Assembly (NCBI GenBank): GCA_965204575.1
Contig: OZ241993.1
Location: forward strand, 672,001 to 736,000
DNA from: an uncultured candidatus Porisulfidus sp.
Lineage (GTDB): Bacteria > Pseudomonadota > Gammaproteobacteria > Poriferisulfidales > Poriferisulfidaceae
Direction of reading: 5' to 3'
DNA length: 64,000 nucleotides
Positions 1 to 11,379 of the stretch are shown in pieces; positions within the stretch are counted from its first letter, which is position 1, and each line of letters opens with the position of its first letter. The notes under the pieces are model-generated. The model searched no databases. It was not told the origin of the DNA and was given only the letters and a program-made list of their open reading frames with translations. The position numbers were made by a program, and so were the translations under genes.

Positions 1-354
1 GGCCTGGCTCCGTATCACATCGAAATCGACGCGACGATATTCCTCAGCGAAAGGGTGGATGTCTCGGCCAGCCTGGGAGCCGAACACGACTTGTTAATTA
101 CTCAGCAGTGGGTGTTGCAGTCGTTGATCGAGATTGATTTTGCCGCCCAGGGCGTGGATGAACTCGATATTGCGGCCGGGCCGACCGGTTTTGAGTTTGG
201 CCTTCGGCTTCGCTATGAGTTTGCCCGGGAATTCGCGCCTTATATCGGCATCGTCTACGAGCGCGACCTGTTTGCGACCGAGAGGCTGACGGTGGAACGC
301 GGTGAAGATCCCCAGTTGTGGTCACTGGTCTCCGGGGTTCGACTTTCTTTCTAA
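1..354 (+). CDS. copB: Copper resistance protein B, C-terminal part (5' end lies outside the window)
   Basis: Frame is open from base 1: GLAPYHIEIDATIF...GLRLRYEFAREFAPYIG...GVRLSF, the typical CopB beta-barrel C-terminus. Confidence 0.85.
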   Translation, partial: GLAPYHIEIDATIFLSERVDVSASLGAEHDLLITQQWVLQSLIEIDFAAQGVDELDIAAGPTGFEFGLRLRYEFAREFAPYIGIVYERDLFATERLTVERGEDPQLWSLVSGVRLSF

Positions 355-389
355 ACCAAAGGCGGCTATGTTAAACTTTGCGGCCCCAT

Positions 390-465
390 TCCCCGGTAGC
401 TCAGTTGGCAGAGCGGGTGGCTGTTAACCACTAGGTCGGCGGTTCGAGCCCGTCCCGGGGAGCCA
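390..465 (+). tRNA. tRNA-Asn (GTT)
   Basis: 76-nt cloverleaf TCCCCGGTAGCTCAGTTGG...CTGTTAA anticodon loop...GGTTCGAGCCC...GGGGAGCCA. Confidence 0.97.
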
Positions 466-517
466 CCTCCCCCTTGCCGGATCCAGCTTCCTTTCAGATT
501 GGCGGGAGAGTTATCGA

Positions 518-2413
518 ATGGCGAGCATATTCGAGAGGCATGGTCTACCAGACCACTTATTCAACATTCCTGAGTTAGATTTCCACGAGGATCTATTTGC
601 AGATCGTCTTGGTGGCCTATGGTTCAGGCTAGGAGCTTGGACTATCCAACCCTACCGCGATGTTCAAGGCGTTGAAAATAGGATTGAACGCCAAAGTATC
701 ATGCTTCCACCTGGGCAGTTTTCTGAGATCTACGGCAAATTTGAATCCATTGGTAATTTGATTCATAATTTAGGAAAACCTACAAAAGTTCTGCAGTCTT
801 ATGGAAAGGATGAGACGTATTACTATGCTCCGTTTTACCGCTTCGATTTGGGTTTAACATCAGTATCATGCGAGCCGTTGGTATTCTTGCGTTTCTTGAC
901 TTCCAGCGTAGAACTTTACGTTAATCCCGACTTAGAGTTGTATTTTGAGCTAGAGGAAAAACCTAGCGGCATTTGGTGGGATCCATCACGTGGTTCCGAG
1001 ATACTGAGGCGTCGTGTGATTGAGAATGGAAATCTGCATGTCGTTGAGATACGGAGCGACTATTTGCAGAAATATCTTCAGGCGCGTCAACTGTCTTTGG
1101 TGGTCGCACATTATCGCCACCTCCACCTCTTTGATCCCTCTCCTGAAACCCTAGAGGCATTTGTGGAAGGAAATCTAGAACAAGGCTCTCCAGATCAGGG
1201 GGCTAAGGCAGTGTTTCAAAACTGGGGACTCAGGCAAGACGTCCTGGGATCACCATTCCTTCAGAGGAGATTGCATCTATGGTTTGAAATCAAGCCCCCC
1301 GAGATCAACATTGATGACCCATGGGCTGACGAACCACCTTTCGATCCCTACGAATTTACTCTGCCCACTCAAAGGGGGTCGGTAGCCCCGGCCCGGTGGA
1401 CGTACTTTCGGCAAGTCGAAGGGAGGAGATTCGAAGGCGAATCTGGTAACTTTCTGGATATGGTCTATTTTAGACAGGAAGTGTTATCGAAGTATGAAGG
1501 GGCTTCCGGCTTTGAGATCTCGGACACTGGCTCAGTAGAGTATCGGCACTACTGGGGACTGGTCCGGGGCATGTCGCGGATTGGCAATGAACTCATCTCA
1601 ACCGCCATCGGTGATTTTGCGGAGGGGGTTCCCTTTGAGGAGTGGCAACACTGGAAACAGCATGTTGTTGAGCCACCGAGCCCAGAAACCATAAGCACAC
1701 TCTGCGAAGAACAGACAGTACCGGATGCGGTGAATTGCTTAGTCGAGCAACTCAATGTATTGAATGAAATGTTGGCGAATCTCGCGAATGTTATGGGGGC
1801 TGAGGTCTCAGACCCGTTTTGGAACGGTTCGGTTGAAAGTTTGGCTGGCCGTCAGCTCAAATGGGTGTATCCAACGACTGCTGATGACGACGAGTTTCTC
1901 AAGCGGGCGACACTTATGTCGACATTGGTTATTGACGGGTTAATCCCGCCATCGCTTCGGGGTTTCCTTCAGACTTGGGGGGATGACTTACACCTTGATG
2001 GCCAAGGCCAATCTCTAGGTTCCCGAAAGCTTCTAGAGAGAGTCACGCTCGTTGCTGTACTGATAGAGGAACTCCAGCCTACTAGTGCAGAGATTCCCAT
2101 ATTGGTTAAACAGGCGGGAAATTGCACGAGTAGTGCAGCCGACCCTGATCTGCAGGTCGAACTCAAAAAATTGTTTGGTGACATCAGGGACGAATTGGCC
2201 CCGCTAGCGTTTCTCTATGATCTGCGGGTGCACGCCGGAATCGCACATTCCCCCAATAAGGAAGAGGTAATTAAGGCAATGAAAAAACTTGACCTTCCTG
2301 AAAGAGACTGGCATCGGACTCACTATCTTTACCTTCTCAACCTTGTCACCCAAAGCATTAGGCAAGTCGGTGATTACCTTGTAGCTGCCGCAGAGAATGT
2401 GTCTAGGCATTAA
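518..2413 (+). CDS. Hypothetical 631-aa protein with a possible C-terminal HEPN-like domain
   Basis: Long ORF with GGGAG RBS, AT-richer than flanking genes; C-terminal helical region contains LYDLRVHAGIAH (R-X6-H). Confidence 0.6.
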   Translation: MASIFERHGLPDHLFNIPELDFHEDLFADRLGGLWFRLGAWTIQPYRDVQGVENRIERQSIMLPPGQFSEIYGKFESIGNLIHNLGKPTKVLQSYGKDETYYYAPFYRFDLGLTSVSCEPLVFLRFLTSSVELYVNPDLELYFELEEKPSGIWWDPSRGSEILRRRVIENGNLHVVEIRSDYLQKYLQARQLSLVVAHYRHLHLFDPSPETLEAFVEGNLEQGSPDQGAKAVFQNWGLRQDVLGSPFLQRRLHLWFEIKPPEINIDDPWADEPPFDPYEFTLPTQRGSVAPARWTYFRQVEGRRFEGESGNFLDMVYFRQEVLSKYEGASGFEISDTGSVEYRHYWGLVRGMSRIGNELISTAIGDFAEGVPFEEWQHWKQHVVEPPSPETISTLCEEQTVPDAVNCLVEQLNVLNEMLANLANVMGAEVSDPFWNGSVESLAGRQLKWVYPTTADDDEFLKRATLMSTLVIDGLIPPSLRGFLQTWGDDLHLDGQGQSLGSRKLLERVTLVAVLIEELQPTSAEIPILVKQAGNCTSSAADPDLQVELKKLFGDIRDELAPLAFLYDLRVHAGIAHSPNKEEVIKAMKKLDLPERDWHRTHYLYLLNLVTQSIRQVGDYLVAAAENVSRH

Positions 2414-2599
2414 AGAATTCCGTGGACAATGGAGCTAAGGCATCTAGGGATATACCGCCGTTTTATATAGAAGCCGACTTGACATCAAACTTACCACTTC
2501 TACAGCCTGAAGGGGTAGACTCTGCCGCTGAGTTTGCAACCCTAATACATCGGCATCTTTTCGACTGGCAGGACACACTCGGTTTCTTTCACGCGCCGG

Positions 2600-3469
2600 C
2601 TACAGTTGCTGTAGCCATTCCCTGAATTCTTCGCCGAGATCTTCGCGGCGCAGGGCGTATTCCACGGAAGCTTGGAGATAGCCGAGCTTGCTTCCACAAT
2701 CGTAACGTTTTCCTTCAAACTGGAAGGCCTGGATCATTTCCTTTTGCAACTGAAGGGCGATGGCGTCGGTCAACTGGATCTCACCACCTGCACCGGGCGC
2801 CGTTTCGTGCAGGTACTCAAAGATCTTCGGGGTGAAGACATAGCGCCCAACCACACCAAGATCGGAAGGTGCCTCGTCGGCCGGGGGCTTTTCCACGATG
2901 CCGGTCAGCGTCCACAGCCGTTCACCGCACGGGTCGCCGGAAATCACGCCATAGCGCGAGATGTGTTCCAGAGGGACTTGTTCCACTGCGATCACACCGG
3001 ATCCAGAGCGCTCGAACACATCCACCATCTGTTTTAGGCAAGAGACATCTCCGCCGTCGATCAGGTCGTCTGCCAGGATGACGGCGAACGGCTCGTCGCC
3101 GACGACCGGTTCCGCGCATAGAACGGCATGGCCCAGCCCGAGCGCTTGGCGCTGGCGAAGGTAGACGCAGGTGACGCCCTCAGGGGTGATTCTCCGCACC
3201 TGCTCAAGTTGCTCGGTCTTGCCGTTGGCCTCCAGTTCTGCTTCCAGTTCGTAGGCCATGTCGAAATGGTCTGGGATCGAGCGCTTGTTGCGTCCGGTGA
3301 TGAAAATGAGTTGGTCAATCCCGGCGGCAACGACTTCTTCCACCGCATACTGGATGAGCGGTTTGTCCACGATCGGCAACGCCTCCTTGGGCACGGCCTT
3401 GGTGGCGGGCAGGAACCGCGTGCCGAGCCCGGCAACGGGAAACACCGCTTTGCGAATGCGCATGGCCAT
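2600..3469 (-). CDS. galU: UTP--glucose-1-phosphate uridylyltransferase
   Basis: [47 protein letters not shown] motifs. Confidence 0.97.
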   Translation of the reverse strand: MAMRIRKAVFPVAGLGTRFLPATKAVPKEALPIVDKPLIQYAVEEVVAAGIDQLIFITGRNKRSIPDHFDMAYELEAELEANGKTEQLEQVRRITPEGVTCVYLRQRQALGLGHAVLCAEPVVGDEPFAVILADDLIDGGDVSCLKQMVDVFERSGSGVIAVEQVPLEHISRYGVISGDPCGERLWTLTGIVEKPPADEAPSDLGVVGRYVFTPKIFEYLHETAPGAGGEIQLTDAIALQLQKEMIQAFQFEGKRYDCGSKLGYLQASVEYALRREDLGEEFREWLQQL

Positions 3470-3709
3470 CTACGAAAAAAGACTCAAGAGCCGGAAAATA
3501 CATATTGTACTGGAGCTTCTGCGCGCCTAGTCAGAGGCGTTTTGTCCCATAAATGCTGTGTTAGAAGTGTATGGTTAGCTACTTGTAACAGTCCCTTGAG
3601 TTCTTGTAGAGGCTAGGGGCATATTTCTTTCGAAGACTATAGTACACTGAGCAAACGAGAGTTTTTCTCACAGAAAATTTGCAGCTAGAGTACTTACTCC
3701 CTCAGGAAA

Positions 3710-4711
3710 ATGAAAACACTTTTTGAGTCAGAAACTGGTTTTCTTAACCAGCTAATCTTAGGGGACGCAAAAAAAATTCTATCTACGCTACCTGATAGCT
3801 GTGTAGATTTAGTGGTCACCTCTCCTCCATATTGGACGGCTGTGGAATATGAGGAACCGACTGTCGAAAGTGTTGGCACCTATGAGGAATATCTTGCATC
3901 ATTGTTAGCCGTTTGGGAGGAATGCTTCCGTGTGTTGCGCCCAAACGGAAAAATGGCTATCAATACCCCAATTATGCCAATCCCGAAGAAAATTATAGGA
4001 GGGCAACATACTCGGCATCTGAAAAACATCAACAACGATATTGAATTCACCATTCTCAATAAAACCAAATTTCTGCGCTACAGCCTGTTCATCTGGCAAA
4101 AGCAAACATCTAAACTAATGTTTGGCAGCTACCCATACCCAGGGAACATATTAGAGAACAACACAGTCGAGTTTATTAATGTGTTTGTCAAACCTGGCAG
4201 ACCGCCAAAATTTTCCAAATTGATAAAGCAGGCTAACAAAATACTACAGGATGAGTGGATCGACTTGACTCAGCAAGTATGGTTCATGTACCCAGAAGAT
4301 ATAAAACGGGAGGGTGACCATCCTGCGCCTTTTCCAGAAAAACTGCCAGCCCGATTAATTCGTATGTATACCTATGGAGCAGCCGGGGATTTCGAAGGAG
4401 AAGTAGTGCTGGATCCGTTTTGTGGCACGGGTACAGCTTGTGCTGTCGCTAAGAGAATGAAACGGCAGTTTATTGGTATTGACATAGTAGAAAGTTATCT
4501 TGCCTACGCTCAAGACCGTGTGGAATTGGCGGGTGGTCAAACAACACCTGCCCTCTGGGTGGGACGCCCCAAATATCCTGGAAAAGCTGAATTGGACAAG
4601 ATGGCTAGTTCCTCCGAAAAAGCAGGAAAAAAGACGGCAAATCCTATGAAACACCGACGAAAAACGTACGGCCGGTCTACTCAAGAGAAGCCTCAAATGG
4701 GGCTACTCTGA
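3710..4711 (+). CDS. Site-specific DNA amino-methyltransferase (beta-class order, N4-C/N6-A)
   Basis: Motif IV TSPPYW near the N-terminus, then HPAPFP and motif I VLDPFCGTGT; AT-rich. Confidence 0.9.
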   Translation: MKTLFESETGFLNQLILGDAKKILSTLPDSCVDLVVTSPPYWTAVEYEEPTVESVGTYEEYLASLLAVWEECFRVLRPNGKMAINTPIMPIPKKIIGGQHTRHLKNINNDIEFTILNKTKFLRYSLFIWQKQTSKLMFGSYPYPGNILENNTVEFINVFVKPGRPPKFSKLIKQANKILQDEWIDLTQQVWFMYPEDIKREGDHPAPFPEKLPARLIRMYTYGAAGDFEGEVVLDPFCGTGTACAVAKRMKRQFIGIDIVESYLAYAQDRVELAGGQTTPALWVGRPKYPGKAELDKMASSSEKAGKKTANPMKHRRKTYGRSTQEKPQMGLL

Positions 4712-4766
4712 GTTTTTAGGTAATCAAAAGTTTGTTTGATTTGTCGGCGGTGTTGGTTCCATAACA

Positions 4767-6149
4767 ATGCCAAGAATCTCACATGACTGGAAAAGGTGGA
4801 TCGACCGATATACTGCGGATGGAAGTTATTGGTACGTGCCCAAGGGTAGAAGTATCTCCGATATTGAAACAATCCAGCAACAATTAAGGGTGCTTGCCCA
4901 GCTTGAAGGCAAGAAATGGAGGCAAGCACAACGTCCTTATATCAACAAGTTGATACGAGAGAATCTTTCGGAGGCGCGAGCTCGAGACGATGATCGAAAA
5001 GGTATTCCTATGGCTCGAATGCTTGCGAAAGTCTTTGAATTACTGGGATTTGCGTGGGTGGATGAAGACGAGGCCATTGTTCTAACTCCGGCGGGAGAGA
5101 AATTCATAGCATCGACTAACCCAGAAGCCGTTGTGGCGAGACAATCGAGGCGTTACCAAGTTTCCAATCCGGTTTTTGGAATGAGTTCGACCAAAGGGGT
5201 ACAAATCCATCCAGTACCGTATTTGCTTGAGATTTTATTGCAGACAAAGACCTTGACGAAGCTAGAGTATGTCCTTTTTTGTGCCAAGGCGAAAAGTTAT
5301 GGAGATGTTGATGATACTGTTGAGGGAATAAAAAAGTGGCGCAATATTGGCCCACGGTATCAGCAGACAATCATAAAAACATTAGAACAGACTACCATTT
5401 CCAAACCTCCGAATCGCCGAAAGTCCATCTACAACACGGTTAACTTGAACGCACCCTATGCGCTTGCCTTTTGGACCGCATCGAAATTGATCCAAGCCAT
5501 TCACCGAGATGGGGAAACTCTTTACAAGGTCGCTCGCGGCAAATATTCAGAAGTTCGTTCTCTCGTAAAGCAATCTCAGCGTGACGGGCAATACATCTTT
5601 TTTGAAAGCGCTAAAGATTGGGTGGCCTTTTATGGAGATCCCGAAAAGGCCCACACAAAAATGTCGGCACTGTCTTACTATTCGGATGTTGCTGATTTCG
5701 ACAGAGTTCGGGCTGTGCTCGATGAGATGCACGGCTATACCTCTCGTGAGAAGCAAAAGTATATTGAACTGATTGTCGAAGAAAAAACTGTCGAAGACAT
5801 CTTAGAAAGCAACATCGAATTAGTTGAGCCTGGCATGAGATTACTTGAGCGCCAAAAGCAGACCGAAATCGGACGCATTGATTTATTCGCCCGCGACAAA
5901 GAAGGTGTTTATACGATTATTGAATTAAAAAAGGGGAGAACTGATGACCGTGTATTTGGGCAGTTGTCCCGGTATATGGGTTGGTGCAAGAAAGTGAAGT
6001 CTAGGTCTAACCAAGTTCGTGGGATCATTATCGCTAAGACAATTGGGGAAAAATTGTGGGCTGCGGCTGATGGGCACGATACCCCTGTTGAACTTATGGA
6101 ATATGACTTGAAAATGAGTTTGGATAAAGCTCAGCGATCTATTTCTTGA
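4767..6149 (+). CDS. Putative restriction endonuclease: AlwI-like N-terminal region plus C-terminal NucS/DUF91-like PD-(D/E)XK domain
   Basis: C-terminus GRIDLFARD...IIELKKG...GQLSRYMGW...VRGIIIA resembles NucS/EndoMS C-domains; N-terminus LGFAW..LTPAGEKF...IHPVPYLLEIL resembles REase recognition domains; lies downstream of the MTase. Confidence 0.7.
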   Translation: MPRISHDWKRWIDRYTADGSYWYVPKGRSISDIETIQQQLRVLAQLEGKKWRQAQRPYINKLIRENLSEARARDDDRKGIPMARMLAKVFELLGFAWVDEDEAIVLTPAGEKFIASTNPEAVVARQSRRYQVSNPVFGMSSTKGVQIHPVPYLLEILLQTKTLTKLEYVLFCAKAKSYGDVDDTVEGIKKWRNIGPRYQQTIIKTLEQTTISKPPNRRKSIYNTVNLNAPYALAFWTASKLIQAIHRDGETLYKVARGKYSEVRSLVKQSQRDGQYIFFESAKDWVAFYGDPEKAHTKMSALSYYSDVADFDRVRAVLDEMHGYTSREKQKYIELIVEEKTVEDILESNIELVEPGMRLLERQKQTEIGRIDLFARDKEGVYTIIELKKGRTDDRVFGQLSRYMGWCKKVKSRSNQVRGIIIAKTIGEKLWAAADGHDTPVELMEYDLKMSLDKAQRSIS

Positions 6150-6283
6150 CAACGGAAAAGCATGGCGTTGGGCTTTTTGCCATTGCTTATTGCCTGACAA
6201 TTGCAACAAAGCTAGTGTTTGTATCAGCAGAGACCCATCTCCTATGATGTGCCATTCAGCTTCATTCTGACTGGGAGAAGGCT

Positions 6284-7054
6284 ATGCACGGCATTGATAA
6301 TCTGTTGCAGATCATGCGGGACCTGCGGGATCCCGACCATGGCTGTCCGTGGGACTTGCGCCAGGATTTCAGGACGATTGCGCCCTACACGGTGGAGGAG
6401 GCTTATGAGGTGGCGGATGCCATCGAGCGGGAAGCCTGGCATGAGTTGCGTGGCGAACTCGGAGACCTGTTGCTACAGGTGGTGTATCACGCGCAAATGG
6501 CCGAGGAGAAGGACCTGTTCCGTTTCTCCGACGTGGTAGAGGCGATCTGTACCAAGATGGTCGAACGACACCCGCATGTTTTCGGGGAGGTCGGCCAGCG
6601 CAACGAGGATGAAATCAAGGCGGACTGGGAGAGGCGCAAGCATCGCGAACGGGCCGAATACGGAACGTCAGGCGTACTGGGGGGCGTGCCGAAGACGCAG
6701 CCGGCGCTGACGCGGGCGTTCAAACTGCAGAAACGCGCCGCACGGGTGGGGTTTGACTGGGAGGAAGCCCAGCAGGTGGAGGACAAGATCGAGGAAGAGT
6801 TGCGCGAATTGCGCGAGGCGCAGGATGCAGATGAGCGGGCCGCGGAAATTGGCGACCTGCTGTTCACCCTGGTGAACTATGCGCGCCATTGCGGCCTCCG
6901 TCCGGAGGAAACCCTGCACCGCGCATGCTCGCGGTTTACGCGGCGTTTCGAATCCATGGAGGCACGCCTGCAGGAGAGCGGCGAGGCGGTGGAGACGGTG
7001 TCCGCCGAGCGTTGGGAAGAATTATGGCAGGAGGCGAAGCGCGCCGAATCCTAG
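6284..7054 (+). CDS. mazG: Nucleoside triphosphate pyrophosphohydrolase MazG
   Basis: LRDPDHGCPWD, EEAYEVADAI, ELGDLLLQVVYHA, second EIGDLLF repeat. Confidence 0.96.
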   Translation: MHGIDNLLQIMRDLRDPDHGCPWDLRQDFRTIAPYTVEEAYEVADAIEREAWHELRGELGDLLLQVVYHAQMAEEKDLFRFSDVVEAICTKMVERHPHVFGEVGQRNEDEIKADWERRKHRERAEYGTSGVLGGVPKTQPALTRAFKLQKRAARVGFDWEEAQQVEDKIEEELRELREAQDADERAAEIGDLLFTLVNYARHCGLRPEETLHRACSRFTRRFESMEARLQESGEAVETVSAERWEELWQEAKRAES

Positions 7055-7884
7055 GCGCGCTCCATCCGCATCGAAAAATCGACGGCTTGGATATCCTTGG
7101 TCAGGGTACCGAGAGAAATACGTGCCGCACCGGCGGCCGCGTAGTCGGTCAGGTTTGATTCGGTAACCCCGCCGGAGATTTCCAGCGGGATGTCCGGGCA
7201 TTCGGCCGCTGCCGATCGTGCCTGTTCCGGGGTGAAATTGTCCAGCAGGATCACGTCCGGGCGCGCTTCGCGTACGCGCTCAAGTTGTTCCAGGTTCTCG
7301 ACTTCCACGATGACCTGCGTGTCCGGATGCTGGCCGCGCGCCTCGCGGATGGCGACCTCCAGGTCGGGAAGCAGGGCCCAATGGTTTTCCTTGATCAGGA
7401 CGGCTTCCGCCAGACTTGAGCGGTGGGCCACGCCACCGCCGCAGCGTACCGCGTATTTCTGCGCGTGGCGCAGGCCGGGGAGCGTCTTGCGGGTGTCGAG
7501 CAGCATGCACGGGGCTGAATCCAGCGCTTGCGCGAACTGGCGGGTGCGGCTGGCGGTCGCCGACAGGAACTGCAGGAAGTTGAGCGCCGTGCGCTCGCCT
7601 TGCAGCAGGGCTCGGCCTGAGCCCTGAAGTTCACAGACGACGGTATCAGCGTCAACCAGGTCGCCGTCTTCGGCCTGCCACTCAAGGGCAATGGAGGATT
7701 CCAGTTGGTGGAACACTTCTGCGGCCCAAGGGATGCCGCACAGTACGGCTTGCTGCCGGCAGAGAATCGTCGCGCGAGCCGACTGCTCGGGAACCAGCCC
7801 GGCGGTCAAGTCGCCGGTCGCCTCGTCCTCCCGCAAGGCCCGAGCGACGTCCTCGCGAACTATGCCCGGGTTCGGGGTCACCAC
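7051..7884 (-). CDS. nadC: Nicotinate-nucleotide diphosphorylase (carboxylating)
   Basis: ERTALNFLQ, DTRKTLPGLR, LIKENH, ILLDNF, EISGG motifs. Confidence 0.96.
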   Translation of the reverse strand: MVTPNPGIVREDVARALREDEATGDLTAGLVPEQSARATILCRQQAVLCGIPWAAEVFHQLESSIALEWQAEDGDLVDADTVVCELQGSGRALLQGERTALNFLQFLSATASRTRQFAQALDSAPCMLLDTRKTLPGLRHAQKYAVRCGGGVAHRSSLAEAVLIKENHWALLPDLEVAIREARGQHPDTQVIVEVENLEQLERVREARPDVILLDNFTPEQARSAAAECPDIPLEISGGVTESNLTDYAAAGAARISLGTLTKDIQAVDFSMRMERA

Positions 7885-9210
<1,326 letters not shown>

Positions 9211-9282
9211 AACTGAACCCCCATTGCGGCCGTGCACCGCCGAATCATTCAAGGGTCATTATAAGCACGATGTCCGCGGCGC

Positions 9283-9300
9283 CTGTCAGAATGATGTAAC
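9283..9300 (+). promoter_or_regulatory. Putative Pho box upstream of phoB
   Basis: CTGTCAGAATGATGTAAC resembles the 18-bp consensus CTGTCATAAAACTGTCAT; 25 bp before the phoB ATG. Confidence 0.65.
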
Positions 9301-9325
9301 ATTTGCAGGGCAGACTAGCGCAAGC

Positions 9326-10066
9326 ATGCCCGTTGCAAAAATCCTCATCGTCGAGGACGAGCCCGCCATCCGCGAGATGGTGAGTTATGCCCTCCGGCAA
9401 TCCGACTTTGAACTGCTGGAAGCAGAAGACGCACAGCAGGCCTATGGATTGATTGCCGACCATAAGCCGGACCTGGTCCTGCTTGACTGGATGTTGCCCG
9501 GGCAAAGCGGCCTGGAGGTGGCCCGGCGCTTGCGCAAGGATGCGCCGACCTCTGAGCTTCCGATCATCATGCTGACCGCCCGCGGGGAGGAATCCGACCG
9601 GGTGCGTGGACTGGAGTGCGGGGCGGACGACTACGTGTCCAAGCCGTTCTCGCTGCGCGAATTGATCGCCCGCATCCACGCCCTGCTGCGCCGTTCCGCA
9701 CCGCATATCGCAAGTCCCACGCTACAGCATGGAACCGTCCAGCTCGATTCGCTTCGGCACGAGGTGTGGGTTGGCAAGAAGCAGGCCGAAATGGGGCCGA
9801 CGGAGTTTCGGCTGTTGCGTTTCCTGATGGCGCATCCCAACCGGGTCTATAGCCGCAGCCAGCTGCTGGACCAGGTGTGGGGGCAGAATAGTTACATCGA
9901 GGAACGGACCATCGACGTGCATATCCTGCGTTTGCGCAAGGCGCTCGGCAAGAAGGCCTCGGGTCATATCCGTACCATTCACAGCGCAGGTTACCAGTTC
10001 CACACCGACCTGCCCGCAAAATCCAGCAAAAAATCCGGGAAGGCCAAACAGCGTAAGGCTGCCTGA
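9326..10066 (+). CDS. phoB: Phosphate regulon response regulator PhoB
   Basis: ILIVEDEPAIREM, LLDWMLPG, GPTEFRLL, ERTIDVHI; start placed at ATG 9326. Confidence 0.95.
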   Translation: MPVAKILIVEDEPAIREMVSYALRQSDFELLEAEDAQQAYGLIADHKPDLVLLDWMLPGQSGLEVARRLRKDAPTSELPIIMLTARGEESDRVRGLECGADDYVSKPFSLRELIARIHALLRRSAPHIASPTLQHGTVQLDSLRHEVWVGKKQAEMGPTEFRLLRFLMAHPNRVYSRSQLLDQVWGQNSYIEERTIDVHILRLRKALGKKASGHIRTIHSAGYQFHTDLPAKSSKKSGKAKQRKAA

Positions 10067-10074
10067 CGACTCGG

Positions 10075-11373
10075 GTGAAGGATCCCGCGCTTTCCAGGGA
10101 GGTCACGCGCCTGTTGGCGCTGGCGGTGGTCGGCGCGGCAATTGGCTCTGCTTTTTCAGTGCCAGGTCTGGGGTTCGGGCTGGCGCTGCTCTTCTTTATC
10201 CTGTGGCACGCGCGGCAGTTGCGCCAAGTACGGAAATGGGAGCGCCTTCCACAGGCACCGATCCCGCACAACCTGTCGCCGTTTTGGCACAAATGGGTCG
10301 CGGATTTGTCGGATCGCCGGCATCAGGCGGCTCAAGTCAAACAGGAGCTAAAGCGTCTGCAGAGAAAATTCGAGGTTCTGTCGGTCGCCTTGCCGGACGC
10401 CGCCGTGGCGGTAGATTCGGAATTGCGGATCGAATGGTTTAACGACACAGCCGAGTCCTTGCTGGATTTGCAACCGGATGATCAAGGCCGCTCACTGGCC
10501 CATGTCGTGCGCATCCCGGAACTGGTCCAGTACTTGCAGGAGGGGGATTTTGCCCTGCCCTTGGACTTGGAGGCATTCGCAGATTCTTCGCACCCGGTGA
10601 GCGTGCAGGTTTCGAAGTTCGGAAAACACGACCGGCTGATCACCTTTCGCGACCTGACCCAGGAAATTCGCCTGAACCAGTTGCGCCAAGAGTTCGTGGC
10701 CAACGTGTCGCACGAGATCAAGAGTCCCCTGACCGTGGTGACTGGCTACCTGGAGACCATCGAGGACCATGCGGACAAACCCCCGAAGCGGTCGGTCATC
10801 CGCGAAATGTCACGCCAGTGCCAGCGCATGCGTCACCTGGTGGAAGACCTGCTGGAGTTGTCGCGGCTGGAGGCCAGCGAACTGAGCGATTACGACCTGC
10901 AGGACGTGGACTTGGCTCTCCTGACGGATGAGGTCCGCCGAGAAGCCCAAGCCCTGACCTCGGAAGCCCAGCACACGATCGAGGTGGAAGGCGAGGCTGG
11001 GGTGACGATCCGAGGGCGACCGGAAGAACTGCATAGCGCGTTATTCAACCTGGTCAGCAACGCGCTGCGCTATTCACCGGACGGGGGCGTGGTGAAGATC
11101 GGTTGGCAACGCAAGAACGACCGGGTCCGGCTGTCGGTCACCGATCAGGGGGTCGGCATCAAGAAAGATCAGATCGCCCGGCTGGCCGAACGCTTCTACC
11201 GGGTCGATAAGGCCCGGTCGCGCAACACCGGGGGGACGGGGCTCGGGCTTGCGATCGTGAAGCACATCCTGCAGCGCCATGATGCGCGGTTGCAGATCGA
11301 CAGCGAATGGGGCAAAGGCAGCACCTTCACCTGTGTATTCCCGTTTCCGGTGGAGGGCCGCAAGGGGCGTTAG
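10075..11373 (+). CDS. phoR: Phosphate regulon sensor histidine kinase PhoR
   Basis: PAS domain, FVANVSHEIKSPLT H-box, ERFYRVDKARSR..GGTGLGLAIVKH. Confidence 0.95.
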   Translation: MKDPALSREVTRLLALAVVGAAIGSAFSVPGLGFGLALLFFILWHARQLRQVRKWERLPQAPIPHNLSPFWHKWVADLSDRRHQAAQVKQELKRLQRKFEVLSVALPDAAVAVDSELRIEWFNDTAESLLDLQPDDQGRSLAHVVRIPELVQYLQEGDFALPLDLEAFADSSHPVSVQVSKFGKHDRLITFRDLTQEIRLNQLRQEFVANVSHEIKSPLTVVTGYLETIEDHADKPPKRSVIREMSRQCQRMRHLVEDLLELSRLEASELSDYDLQDVDLALLTDEVRREAQALTSEAQHTIEVEGEAGVTIRGRPEELHSALFNLVSNALRYSPDGGVVKIGWQRKNDRVRLSVTDQGVGIKKDQIARLAERFYRVDKARSRNTGGTGLGLAIVKHILQRHDARLQIDSEWGKGSTFTCVFPFPVEGRKGR

Positions 11374-11379
11374 ACGGTA

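Noticed and set aside
466-2600. Prophage or integrative element at tRNA-Asn
   Set aside because: No integrase and no duplicate of the tRNA 3' end found by eye.
2422-2625. 67-aa plus-strand ORF
   Set aside because: Short, no recognisable motif, and it overlaps the galU 3' end.
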